Shown: positions 25,087 to 38,896 of the stretch, piece after piece
How the letters are laid out: the number at the start of each line of letters is the position of its first letter
Numbering within the stretch: position 1 is the stretch's first letter
Source of the DNA: Alphaproteobacteria bacterium
GTDB taxonomy: Bacteria > Pseudomonadota > Alphaproteobacteria > UBA9219
Length of the DNA stretch: 64,000 nucleotides
NCBI GenBank assembly: GCA_019233975.1
Contig: JAFALY010000038.1
Span: 21,638-85,637, forward strand
Direction of reading: 5' to 3'
The notes under the pieces: model-generated
What the model was told of the DNA's origin: nothing
The model's input: the letters and a program-made list of their open reading frames with translations, nothing else
Database searches by the model: none
Made by a program: the position numbers and the translations under genes

Positions 25087-25506
25087 TTAGCCAAAGCGCT
25101 TCATACGCATAGCCAGAGATGGTTTGGGATTCAACCCGGTTTTGCGCGAAGAGCGATCTTCACGCGTCATAACAAAAGCCAGATAATCACCGGCATGAAT
25201 AACTTCGTTTTCATCCATCGGTACCAGACCGGACACCGTGCCGTAACTGACTGACTGAACGGGATAAACGCCACTCTGCGTCCATAGTTCGACAACCGTC
25301 TGGCCGGGGCCGACATTATCCCCCTCTTCAACCAAACAGCTGTGCAGGCAGGCAACGTCCTGGTCACGGGATTCCGTCAGATGGTTCTGACCGTACTCGA
25401 TAACCTGCCCCAGACCTTCGGCGGCATCGCCATACGCGATTTCCCACCTTTTTCCAGTCAAAACGGGCGCAGCCTCGACCAGCGGGGCCTTAATGATTTG
25501 CATCAT
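25087..25506 (-). CDS. Degenerate lipoyl/biotinyl-domain protein lacking the attachment lysine
   Basis: [34 protein letters not shown] aligns without gaps to Pdh[35 protein letters not shown]; fills the pdhA-pdhB gap. Confidence 0.7.
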   Translation of the reverse strand: MMQIIKAPLVEAAPVLTGKRWEIAYGDAAEGLGQVIEYGQNHLTESRDQDVACLHSCLVEEGDNVGPGQTVVELWTQSGVYPVQSVSYGTVSGLVPMDENEVIHAGDYLAFVMTREDRSSRKTGLNPKPSLAMRMKRFG

Positions 25507-25516
25507 GGCTTGAGTC

Positions 25517-26539
25517 TCAGGCTTCTACGAGAACATCCGTCCAAAGTTCGGACGCATCCGGCTCGGGGCTGGTGCGCGCAAATTCGGCCGCATCATTGAC
25601 GATATCCTTAATCTCACGCTCCACAACCTTCAGACCTTCTTCGGTCGCGATGCCATCTTTCAGGATGCGCAAACGCAGCGTTTCGATCGGATCGTGCTTG
25701 CTGCGCCATTCCTCGACTTCATCCTTCGTGCGGTACTTTGCGGGATCAGACATGGAATGACCGCGATAACGGTAGGTTTCCATTTCCAGCACAACGGGTC
25801 CTTTGCCGGAACGCGCATGCTCGATGGCTTCCATGGCCGCTTCGTACACTTTCTGTACGTCCATGCCGTCAACCTTCTTGCCGGTAATCCCGTAGGGTTC
25901 GCCGCGCCTGTACAACTCACCAGCCGCGTGGCGTGCCTGCGATGTGCCCATGCTGTATTTATTGTTTTCGATAACGAACACGACAGGCAGTTTCCACAAC
26001 GCCGCCATGTTAAAGCTTTCGTACACTTGCCCCTGATTAACGGCGCCATCGCCGAAATAGGTCAGACATACACCGCCGTCATTCAGATATTGATGGGCAA
26101 ACGCCAGACCGGCGCCAATCGGCACCTGCGCGCCGACAATACCGTGACCGCCGTAAAATTTCTTTTCGCGGCTGAACATATGCATCGAGCCGCCCTTACC
26201 CTTGGAATAGCCGCCGATGCGACCGGTCAATTCGGCCATGACGCCACGGGCTTCCATACCGGCGGCCAGCATATGGCCATGATCGCGGTAAGAGGTGATG
26301 ACGCTATCGCTCGCTTTTTGTGCAGCCTGAATACCGACGACCACGGCTTCCTGACCAATATACAGATGGCAAAAACCACCGATCAGGCCCATGCCGTAAA
26401 GCTGACCGGCCTTTTCTTCGAAGCGGCGGATCAAAAGCATATCCCTAAAATAACGCATTAACATTGCGTGAGACCCTTCCGCAGGTTCATTGACACCACC
26501 CGCGACTGTGGCGGCCCCAGACTTTTGTGATTGCTTCAT
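25517..26539 (-). CDS. pdhA: Pyruvate dehydrogenase E1 alpha
   Basis: GFCHLYIGQEA, GDGAVNQGQ..ENN TPP motif, YRYRGHSMSDP. Confidence 0.97.
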   Translation of the reverse strand: MKQSQKSGAATVAGGVNEPAEGSHAMLMRYFRDMLLIRRFEEKAGQLYGMGLIGGFCHLYIGQEAVVVGIQAAQKASDSVITSYRDHGHMLAAGMEARGVMAELTGRIGGYSKGKGGSMHMFSREKKFYGGHGIVGAQVPIGAGLAFAHQYLNDGGVCLTYFGDGAVNQGQVYESFNMAALWKLPVVFVIENNKYSMGTSQARHAAGELYRRGEPYGITGKKVDGMDVQKVYEAAMEAIEHARSGKGPVVLEMETYRYRGHSMSDPAKYRTKDEVEEWRSKHDPIETLRLRILKDGIATEEGLKVVEREIKDIVNDAAEFARTSPEPDASELWTDVLVEA

Positions 26540-26753
26540 AATGACCCTCTATAACGTCAAGCGTTAACAAGACTGCCTGCCGGTTGTTATTCATCTAGTT
26601 TGGGCGTGTCCATTAGCAGGCACGTTGATCAAAAACGCGCGTACTGCGCTTCATGGTTTAACCCATGTTAACACATCCGGGCGCACTCTTCATTGCCAAT
26701 TTACTTTTGGCAATAAAAATAGTTTTTGCACTGCAATATGTTAGGGTGGGTTT

Positions 26754-27068
26754 CTAATGTTTATCCTGCTGCGGGGTCAGGATAACCGTCTCATTTTGTT
26801 TAGAATAGTTAAGGGTTTTGCGAGCTTCTTCATCCAGTAGATCAGGATCAAGATTGTTCGACCGCAAAAGGTTAACACGGTGGTCGAGGTCCTTGTGTTC
26901 CTTCTTGAGTCCCTCAAGCTTTTGTTCAGCCTCCACCACCTTGTTCTTGAGGCGAACCATGGCGACCCAGCCGCGTTCCCCTTCTATGGTGTGATAGAGG
27001 AATGAACCGACAATGGCCGTGCCGACAATCGACACGAGAATCTGCAGAATGCCACGAAGCTTTTTCAT
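26754..27068 (-). CDS. ftsB: Septum formation initiator FtsB/DivIC
   Basis: One TM segment, coiled coil, DPDLLDEEARKTL; downstream of eno. Confidence 0.85.
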   Translation of the reverse strand: MKKLRGILQILVSIVGTAIVGSFLYHTIEGERGWVAMVRLKNKVVEAEQKLEGLKKEHKDLDHRVNLLRSNNLDPDLLDEEARKTLNYSKQNETVILTPQQDKH

Positions 27069-27070
27069 GC

Positions 27071-29456
<2,386 letters not shown>

Positions 29457-29460
<4 letters not shown>

Positions 29461-30035
29461 GCGTGATCATGAAAGCTGCCGCCCAATTGCCGACACGTTA
29501 TGGCGCGTTCTGGATTCTGGTTTTCCATGATGACGCTGGTGCCGAACATATGGCCATGGTCGCAGGTGCGCCGAGCGACGGCTGTCTGGTCAGGCTTCAT
29601 TCCGAATGCGCGACCGGTGATATTATGGGGTCGCTGCGCTGCGATTGCCGTGACCAGTTGGAACAGTCGTTGACGATGATCGAGGAAGCGGGCGAAGGCG
29701 TCGTGATCTATATCCGCAATCACGAAGGCCGAGGCATAGGCCTCGCCAACAAAATAAAGGCCTATATGTTGCAGGACGAGGGCGTCGATACGGTTGACGC
29801 CAATCTGGAGCTCGGCTTTACCTCCGACCAACGCGAGTATTCAACCGCATTGGCCATTTTACGCCATTTCGACCTGAAATCTGTGCGCCTGATGACTAAC
29901 AATAAGGACAAGGTCAAAGCGTTGCAGGAAACAGGTATAGAAGTTGTGGCGCAAGTCCCCCTGTGGACCGCCACAAATCCGCATAACCGCAAATATATAT
30001 CAACCAAACGCGACCGCATGGGACATGTGGGATAG
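29457..30035 (+). CDS. ribA: GTP cyclohydrolase II
   Basis: VRLHSECATGD..GSLRCDC, EGRGIGL, LMTNN; ATGA overlap with ribD. Confidence 0.95.
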
Positions 30036-30109
30036 GTCAACCCATGCAACTATTGCGTGCGCGGCTATCGTGCGCTTAAACACTTAGAACGCAGATGCAT
30101 GGGACACAG

Positions 30110-30442
30110 ATGCCAAACGTCTATATTAGGCACGCCAATTTTGTAAAACCTGACGACAAGTTGTCGCAGGATTGCGCTGCCCTTATCGCAGCAACATGGG
30201 AACTGACCGCCGAAGATACATGCGCTGTCTGGGCGCCCTACCCACCGAATGCGCTAAACGCACCGATGATAGAAATCGAAGTTGAGGCTCTTCCCGGTGA
30301 GGGCACCCTGCGTCAAGACACCGCTCAGGAACTGGCCGAAGGCCTGCGGAAACTTGCGCAGGCTTATGCCGCCAAAACCGGGTATCAGGGAACAATAAAC
30401 GCGTTCGTCAAACTGTTGGCCGGCGAGCACTACGCCTGCTGA
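30110..30442 (+). CDS. Hypothetical protein, possibly tautomerase superfamily (Pro-1)
   Basis: Met-Pro start, ~110 aa, two apparent beta-alpha-beta units. Confidence 0.5.
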   Translation: MPNVYIRHANFVKPDDKLSQDCAALIAATWELTAEDTCAVWAPYPPNALNAPMIEIEVEALPGEGTLRQDTAQELAEGLRKLAQAYAAKTGYQGTINAFVKLLAGEHYAC

Positions 30443-32080
<1,638 letters not shown>

Positions 32081-32114
32081 TTAAAATTAAACCCTAACGA
32101 CTACGCCCGGCCCC

Positions 32115-32462
32115 TTACTTGGCCATCGGCACGGTAGGCGCTGCGGGCGGCGCATCCGTTTTGGCCGGTTCGTTTGTTGTTGACGTGTTGGTAACGGGTG
32201 CTACCTGATCCAGAATACTTTTCTGCTTATGCTGCGCGCTGGCGATATAACCCAGAACCAGACTGTTCAGAATAAACACGGTCGCCAGAATGGCCGTAAT
32301 GCGTGTCAGAATGTTCGCCGAACCGCGCGCCGTAAACAGGCCGCCCATGGTGGCCCCGCCGCCCATCAAACCACCGCCGTCCTGCGCACTTTTTTGCAGA
32401 AGGATAACGACAATCAGGGCTACGGCGATCAGCAATTGCAGGATCAGTAGAACATTTGACAT
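32115..32462 (-). CDS. secG: Preprotein translocase subunit SecG
   Basis: VILLQKS..GGG, NILTRITAILA; secG-pyrG synteny. Confidence 0.9.
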   Translation of the reverse strand: MSNVLLILQLLIAVALIVVILLQKSAQDGGGLMGGGATMGGLFTARGSANILTRITAILATVFILNSLVLGYIASAQHKQKSILDQVAPVTNTSTTNEPAKTDAPPAAPTVPMAK

Positions 32463-32695
32463 AAAAACTCCTTTAACCTCTCCGGTTATCAAAAAAACTG
32501 CCTGCGACGCCGACGATCACAAAGCGCGGCGCTGTTGACAGATTTAATTTCGGGCTGGAATGACTTTATAGATGACAAAGCCATAAAAGACCAGTGATAA
32601 TCTGCCCTGCTTCTATTTTGTGGAAAACCCGCCATAAAACAGCCAAAATGCCCTTCACAATCAAAGCCACAAGGTACAGGGTCTGCACCCTGCCC

Positions 32696-32723
32696 CTTGA
32701 AAGGCCAATCTGCAATTCCTACG
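32696..32723 (+). promoter_or_regulatory. Putative RpoH (sigma32)-type promoter of degP
   Basis: CTTG-N18-CCTACG resembles the alphaproteobacterial CTTG-N17/18-CCTAT consensus. Confidence 0.45.
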
Positions 32724-32758
32724 TCCGTTAATGCGCCAACCCTGTCAGGCTAAAGGTT

Positions 32759-34252
32759 ATGATGATGCAGAAAGCACTCAAACGAATCGCCCTCTCCCTT
32801 ATCATGTTGCTGCCAGTTTTTGCGGTACCGCCACAGGCCAGCGCGCATAGCGGCCCCGCAGGCTTTGCAGATTTGGCAGAGAAGCTTTTACCCGCCGTTG
32901 TCAACATCTCGACCACCCAAACCGTGAAAACGCATGGCAGCATGGAAGACATGCCAGACCTGCAATTACCACCGGGCTCACCTTTCGAACAATTCTTCCA
33001 CGACTTTATGGACAAGCAGAAAAACGCCCCGCGCAAACACAAGGCAACAGCGCTCGGCTCCGGCTTTATTATTGACCCCACCGGCTATGTCGTCACAAAT
33101 AACCACGTTATCGAAGACGCGGATGAAATCACCGTCATCCTGCAAGACGACACCAATCTGCCTGCTACGGTAGTTGGTCGTGACAAGAAAACCGACCTTG
33201 CGCTTCTGAAAATCGACAGCAAGAAACCGCTGACCGCCGTCACTTGGGGCGATAGTGACAAAGCGCGCGTTGGCGACTGGATCATCGCCATCGGCGATCC
33301 GTACGGCCTTGGCGGCACCGTAACAGCCGGGATCATTTCCGCGCGGTCGCGTGATATTAATTCTGGTCCCTATGATGAATATCTACAAACCGATGCGCCG
33401 ATTAACCGCGGCAATTCCGGCGGACCGATGTTCAACATGGAGGGCGAGGTTATCGGCATCAATACCGCAATATTCTCTCCCTCAGGCGGATCCATCGGCA
33501 TCGGTTTTGCCATTCCGTCCTCGCTGGCGAAAAACATCATCGAGCAGCTAAAGAGCAACGGCCACATCCGCCGTGGCTGGTTGGGCGTGCACATTCAAAC
33601 TGTCACGCCCGATATCGCTAAAGGTCTGGGCATGGATCACGCCCATGGCGCTCTGGTGTCTGATGTCACGCCGGACGGCCCCGCCGCCAAGGCCGGCGTG
33701 CAGCAAGGCGACGTCATTACCAGCTTTGATGGCAAAGACGTGCCGGACATGCACCGCCTGCCTTTGATGGTCGCCGAAACAGATGTTGATAAAACCGTTG
33801 GCCTGAATGTTTTCCGTAAAGGTCAGGAAATACAACTGAAGGTCAAAGTCGGCGAGCTGAAAGCCAAGGATGACAGCGCGAACGACGATGATGACCAGAA
33901 GGATGAGCAACCCGCCGCACCGAATGCGGAGAAGATCAGCGACCTTGGTCTCAGCGTATCGGTTCTGAATGATACGCTCCGTCAACGCTATGACATCAAG
34001 AAAGGCGTATCCGGTCTGGTTGTCACGACAGTTTCGCCGGATGGTGTTGCCGCTGATCAGGGTATACAACCTGGTGACGTGATTACCGAAGCGTCACAGC
34101 AAGAAGTCAAAACCGCCAAGGCGCTGAAAGACATTACGATGCAAGCCAAGAAGGACGGCAAACCGTTACTCCTGCTGGTCAGCCGTCAGGATGATCTGCG
34201 TTTTGTTGCCATCAATTTCGGGAAGAAAAAGCCGAAAGCCAAAGACGAATAA
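32759..34252 (+). CDS. degP: DegP/DegQ (Do) serine endoprotease with two PDZ domains
   Basis: Signal peptide; TNNHV, DLALL and GNSGG catalytic triad motifs. Confidence 0.93.
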   Translation: MMMQKALKRIALSLIMLLPVFAVPPQASAHSGPAGFADLAEKLLPAVVNISTTQTVKTHGSMEDMPDLQLPPGSPFEQFFHDFMDKQKNAPRKHKATALGSGFIIDPTGYVVTNNHVIEDADEITVILQDDTNLPATVVGRDKKTDLALLKIDSKKPLTAVTWGDSDKARVGDWIIAIGDPYGLGGTVTAGIISARSRDINSGPYDEYLQTDAPINRGNSGGPMFNMEGEVIGINTAIFSPSGGSIGIGFAIPSSLAKNIIEQLKSNGHIRRGWLGVHIQTVTPDIAKGLGMDHAHGALVSDVTPDGPAAKAGVQQGDVITSFDGKDVPDMHRLPLMVAETDVDKTVGLNVFRKGQEIQLKVKVGELKAKDDSANDDDDQKDEQPAAPNAEKISDLGLSVSVLNDTLRQRYDIKKGVSGLVVTTVSPDGVAADQGIQPGDVITEASQQEVKTAKALKDITMQAKKDGKPLLLLVSRQDDLRFVAINFGKKKPKAKDE

Positions 34253-34375
34253 GACGTTCTACGCTGTGCCCGTGGCCCGCAAAGGGCTGCGGGTGCGATG
34301 CAGCAACGAATTGTCTTTTTACTTACGTCACCGCCGCCTAATCTGCCCCTGTATTTTAAAATATTGAGGACGGAT

Positions 34376-34624
34376 ATGGGCACTAATGCCGCAGATGACG
34401 AAGGCCCATCTCCGTATGCTGGCCTTTCTGATACCCAACTACTCTCACTGGCAAAGAAAACTGCAAACGGCAAAAGCAGTGGTATTGCCTCCATAATCAA
34501 ACGGGCCATGGCTGGCCTGCTGGATGCTATCGTTTCAACCGAAGAAAATGACGCTGGCGTTCATGAAGAGGCGCGCAGAAGGCTGATTGCTGATATTTCT
34601 CAATATGATGACATTCATTTTTAA
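34376..34624 (+). CDS. Small hypothetical protein
   Basis: GAGGA RBS before ATG 34376; 82-aa ORF filling the intergenic gap. Confidence 0.45.
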   Translation: MGTNAADDEGPSPYAGLSDTQLLSLAKKTANGKSSGIASIIKRAMAGLLDAIVSTEENDAGVHEEARRRLIADISQYDDIHF

Positions 34625-34702
34625 AACCTACTTGTAAACACAAAATTAACCCGATTTGCCCCCATACTTGAAGCAGAAGCTGCTACCAAAGGGAGGGATG
34701 TC

Positions 34703-34957
34703 ATGACCATACTTCGTCATCAAGTCATCAAAACAATGGCTGCCGTTTCCTTAATCGCGCTTGCCGGATGTTCTGATATGAACAGCCAGCAGCAGCGCAT
34801 GGTTTCAGGCGGTGCGACAGGTGCCGCAGTGGGTGCTGTTGGCACCGTTATGACAGGCGGATGTGTTGCCTGTGGTGCTGCCATCGGCGGTGCCGTGGGT
34901 ACGGCCGCCGGTTATGTGGTCGATAAGATGGATACCAACAAATCGTCGTCGAAATAG
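34703..34957 (+). CDS. Glycine-zipper lipoprotein
   Basis: Lipobox LAGC; GGATGAAVGAVG and GAAIGGAVG; GGAGG RBS. Confidence 0.8.
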   Translation: MTILRHQVIKTMAAVSLIALAGCSDMNSQQQRMVSGGATGAAVGAVGTVMTGGCVACGAAIGGAVGTAAGYVVDKMDTNKSSSK

Positions 34958-34967
34958 GCGGCCGGTC

Positions 34968-36078
34968 TTATTCGACGTGGCCCTGAATACGTTGCGCGAG
35001 TGACGCTTGCAGGAACATATCGATATCACCGTCAAGGACGGCCTGCGTCTGACTGGTTTCAACTTCGGTGCGTACATCCTTGACCATCTGGTACGGCTGT
35101 AGCACGTAAGAACGAATTTGATGCCCCCAGCCGATGTCGGTCTTCTGCGCCTCGATCGCCGCCGCAGCCGCTTCGCGCTTTTTCAGCTCAAGCTCGTACA
35201 GCTTTGCGCGCAGCATTTCCATCGCCTTGGCGCGGTTCTTATGCTGTGAACGTTCCTGTTGGCAGGCCGCAACGACACCCGTCGGCATGTGGGTGATGCG
35301 GATGGCGCTTTCTGTCTTGTTGACGTGCTGACCGCCTGCCCCGGACGAACGATAGGTGTCAATCTTCAGATCTTTTTCATTAATGTCGATGGGAATTGAA
35401 TCATCGACCACCGGCGTCACCGCGATACTGGAAAAACTGGTGTGGCGGCGCGCGTTAGAGTCGTACGGGCTGATGCGCACCAGACGATGCACGCCGGATT
35501 CCGTCTTGAGCCAACCATAGGCGTTGGCACCTTTGATCTGCACTGTCGCTGATTTCAGGCCCGCTTCTTCACCTGCGGATTCTTCGATCCATTCAACCTT
35601 GTAACCGCGCTTTTCGGCCCAGCGAATATACATGCGCAAAAGCATTTGCGCCCAGTCCTGCGCCTCGGTACCGCCAGCACCGGCGTTGACTTCCAGATAA
35701 CAATCATTGTGGTCGGCTTCACCGGACAGCAGGCTTTCCAGTTCGCGTTCAGCTGCGACCTTGCGGAGCGTAAACAGGGCGTTCTCCGCCTCTGTCACCA
35801 TGGATTGATCGCCTTCGACTTCGGCCATTTCGATCAATTCAAGATTTTCTTTGACGCCGTTCTCAATTTCGCGATAGCCGCGCACGGCCTGATCCAACTG
35901 CGTACGTTCACGCATGATGGTTTGCGCCTTGTTACTGTCGTTCCAGAGATTGGGGTCTTCGGCTAATGAATTGAGCTCATCGAGGCGGGCAAGTGCTTTC
36001 TCGAGGTCAAAGATGCCTCCTCAGCAGGCCCAGCGATTTCTCGATGTCTGCTAAGGTTGATGCGATTTCGGCGCGCAT
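34968..36078 (-). CDS. prfB: Peptide chain release factor 2 (programmed +1 frameshift)
   Basis: [23 protein letters not shown] then CTT TGA C; the +1 frame continues DLEKALARL...; SPY and GGQ motifs. Confidence 0.96.
36006..36021 (-). promoter_or_regulatory. prfB +1 frameshift site
   Basis: Minus strand AGGAGG-CAT-CTT-TGA-C: internal Shine-Dalgarno plus slippery CTT TGA. Confidence 0.95.
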
Positions 36079-36156
36079 GTTCGTGTCCTAAAACCAAAAT
36101 GTAACGGCGCATGAAAATGCATATTCACGGGCCAAAGTCAACCGACAGCCACAACC

Positions 36157-38769
36157 TTAATACAATCCGCCTGTTCCGACGGTTGAATTGGCGGCAGGCG
36201 CCGCCTGTTTATTGACGATAGGCGGCGGCACGACGGCAGCGGGAGCTGGTGATGGTGCTACAGCTTGTGCCGGGATACCGGCTTGCGACGGTACTGCAGG
36301 AGCTGGTGCTGTTGTTGATTGCGCCGGCGTTGCGGATATCGTGGCCGGTTTGGTCATGGCTGCCGCGGCCCCCTCACTAGCCGCGCCCGTCACGCTGCCA
36401 TCCAGAATGGGACGTTGCTGCCCTTCCTGTGGCTCTGTGCCCGGAATATAGGCTTCCCAAATAGACTCTTTATCACCCATGGAGGCCAGCGCGCCCGTTT
36501 CGGGATTGATGCGCACCATGCGCAGGCCCGGCGGCACGCGGAATGGGGTCAAGGGCTTGCCCTTCATTGTTTCAGTGATGAACTGCTTGAAAATCGGCAC
36601 TGCTACGCTGGCTCCGGTTTCGTGCGAACCCAGCGGTTTCGGATCATCAAAGCCGACATAAACGGCACAAACAAGGTCAGGCGTGAAGCCAATGAACCAT
36701 GCATCCTTGCTTTCATTTGTCGTGCCTGTTTTGCCCGCCAAAGGAATGCCAGTGTCCCGCAGTTTGGCAGCCGTGCCACGCTGCACGACCCCCTGCATGA
36801 TGGAAACCATTTGATATGCGGTACGCGGATCCTCCACCTGCTCGCGGGTATCCGGCACATCAGGTGGGGTCATTTCCGGCGACCATGCGAGCACCTGACA
36901 ATCGTTGCAATCACGATGGTCGGCACGCCAGATGGTTTTACCGTCACGGTCCTGCACGCGATCGATCAGGCTCGGTGTAATTTTGCGCCCACCATTGACG
37001 ATCATCCCATAGGCGGTCGCCATGCGCAGTGGCGTTGCTTCCTTGGCCCCCAGCGCGAATGAAAGCAGTTCAGGCATTTCGTCAGCGATGCCGAATTTCT
37101 TGGCGTACTCCACCACCGTTGGCATGCCAATCGCGTTGGCCAAACGCACAGTCATGACGTTTCGTGACTTTTCGATACCTACGCGCAGCGGCGTCGGACC
37201 ATAAAATTCCTGCGAATAGTTTTCGGGATGCCAGAGCGGCAAGCCCGGCCCCTGGAAATATTCAAATGGCGCATCGAGGATAAGGCTGGACGGCGTAAAT
37301 CCTTTATCCAGCGCCGCCATATACACAAACGGTTTGAACGACGAACCGGGTTGACGCGCCGCCTGCGTCACGCGATTGAACTGGCTGATTTTTGCGCTGA
37401 ACCCGCCATTCATCGCAAAAACACGCCCCGTATTCGGGTCAAGCGCTACGATGGCACCTTGAATAACAGGCACCTGACGCAACGTGTAGGTATGTTCCGG
37501 ATACGGCTTGCCGTCTTCGCCTGCCTTGACCGGCTCAACCAGAATAATGTCACCGACATTCAGGACGTCAGCGGGTCTGTGTATCGCAGGTCCAAATTCA
37601 TCATTCGGCATTTCACGACGCGCCCACTTCAATTCATTCCATGGAATAACGCCGCGCTGATTATCAGCAAAGGCGATCTGCGCCTCGCTGTCCTTGATGG
37701 CCATAACAACCGCCATCATCCATTCTTCGCCACCCGGTGGCACGGCGATTTTCTTCATCTGACGCTGCCAGTCAGAGAACCCCGTCAACCGCGCCACAGG
37801 GCCGCGCCAACCACGTTCGCGCCGGTCAAACGACACCAAACCATCACGCAATGCTTTTTCGGCAATGCCCTGCAGTCGGGAGTCAAGACTGGTTTTTACC
37901 GCTAACCCGCCTTCCAGCACGTCATCCTCACCGAATTGCGCAACCAACTGCCGCCGCACCTCTTCGGAGAAATAATCAGCGGATACAGTTTCCGCTTCAC
38001 CACGCTTATGCATCTCAAGCGGTTCAGCCTGCGAAGCAATACGCTGGTCATCATTGATATAACCATTCAACTGCATGCGTTCCAGAACCCAGTTGCGGCG
38101 CGCAACGGCTGCATCATGGTCGCGCACGGGATTGTAGCTGTTCGGCGCCTTGGGCAACGCCGCCAGATACGCCGCTTCTGCGTAGGAAAGTTCGTCCAGC
38201 GATTTGTTGAAATAATTCAGCGCCGCCGCCGCTACGCCATAGGAATGGTTACCCAGGAAAATCTCGTTCAAATAGATTTCCAGAATACGGTCCTTGCTCA
38301 GCACTTTTTCAAGGCGCGTGGCGAGGATCGCCTCTTTCACCTTACGCTCAATCGACACTTCATTGGTCAGCAGCATGTTTTTGGCGACCTGCTGCGTGAT
38401 GGTGGACGCCCCCATCGGGTGCCGTTCATGCCCCAGATTGCGCAGGTTGATAAGAACGGCACGGGTAATGCCGAAATAATCAACCCCGTTGTGATTATAA
38501 AAATCTTCGTCTTCCGCCGACAGAAACGCCGCCTTCACCCGCGACGGTATAGCTTTGATCGGTACAAAGATGCGTTGTTCTTCGGCAATGGTGGCCATCA
38601 TGCGACCATCGTCGGCATAAATGCGCGTCAAGGTCGGCGGCTGGTAGTCCTTAAGATAGGTATAGTCCGGCAGGTCACGTCCATAATGGTCGAACAGCCC
38701 AACGACAGCCACGGCCGCCAGCCCCGCCAGCAAGAGACCGAATGAGAACAAGGAGATGATAAAGCGCAT
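36157..38769 (-). CDS. mrcA: Penicillin-binding protein 1A
   Basis: EDEDFYNHNG and GASTITQQVAKN transglycosylase motifs; SSFK, SRN and KTG transpeptidase motifs. Confidence 0.94.
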   Translation of the reverse strand: MRFIISLFSFGLLLAGLAAVAVVGLFDHYGRDLPDYTYLKDYQPPTLTRIYADDGRMMATIAEEQRIFVPIKAIPSRVKAAFLSAEDEDFYNHNGVDYFGITRAVLINLRNLGHERHPMGASTITQQVAKNMLLTNEVSIERKVKEAILATRLEKVLSKDRILEIYLNEIFLGNHSYGVAAAALNYFNKSLDELSYAEAAYLAALPKAPNSYNPVRDHDAAVARRNWVLERMQLNGYINDDQRIASQAEPLEMHKRGEAETVSADYFSEEVRRQLVAQFGEDDVLEGGLAVKTSLDSRLQGIAEKALRDGLVSFDRRERGWRGPVARLTGFSDWQRQMKKIAVPPGGEEWMMAVVMAIKDSEAQIAFADNQRGVIPWNELKWARREMPNDEFGPAIHRPADVLNVGDIILVEPVKAGEDGKPYPEHTYTLRQVPVIQGAIVALDPNTGRVFAMNGGFSAKISQFNRVTQAARQPGSSFKPFVYMAALDKGFTPSSLILDAPFEYFQGPGLPLWHPENYSQEFYGPTPLRVGIEKSRNVMTVRLANAIGMPTVVEYAKKFGIADEMPELLSFALGAKEATPLRMATAYGMIVNGGRKITPSLIDRVQDRDGKTIWRADHRDCNDCQVLAWSPEMTPPDVPDTREQVEDPRTAYQMVSIMQGVVQRGTAAKLRDTGIPLAGKTGTTNESKDAWFIGFTPDLVCAVYVGFDDPKPLGSHETGASVAVPIFKQFITETMKGKPLTPFRVPPGLRMVRINPETGALASMGDKESIWEAYIPGTEPQEGQQRPILDGSVTGAASEGAAAAMTKPATISATPAQSTTAPAPAVPSQAGIPAQAVAPSPAPAAVVPPPIVNKQAAPAANSTVGTGGLY

Positions 38770-38866
38770 GGGTATTGTTAACTTTTCAGTCCGGATTCAA
38801 GGCACGCCACGGTTCTAGCCCGTTAACCATTGGGTTTCCACGGAAATCGAACGGTTAATAACATCA

Positions 38867-38896
38867 TTGTCAAATCGCGCGGTTTCGGTTTATGAT
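38867..38896 (+). promoter_or_regulatory. Putative sigma70 promoter of rne
   Basis: TTGTCA-N18-TATGAT about 260 nt upstream of the start codon. Confidence 0.5.

Noticed and set aside
23628-25112. 494-aa plus-strand ORF and many similar long antisense ORFs (e.g. 30530-31450, 11497-12288, 37936-38745)
   Set aside because: Antisense shadows of well-conserved genes, expected with GC-rich codon usage; no recognisable motifs.
26658-26671. CtrA box upstream of pdhA
   Set aside because: Spacing is TTAA-N6-TTAA, not N7.
34968-36078. prfB as a pseudogene or sequencing error
   Set aside because: The internal stop is the canonical CTT TGA frameshift site with its Shine-Dalgarno.
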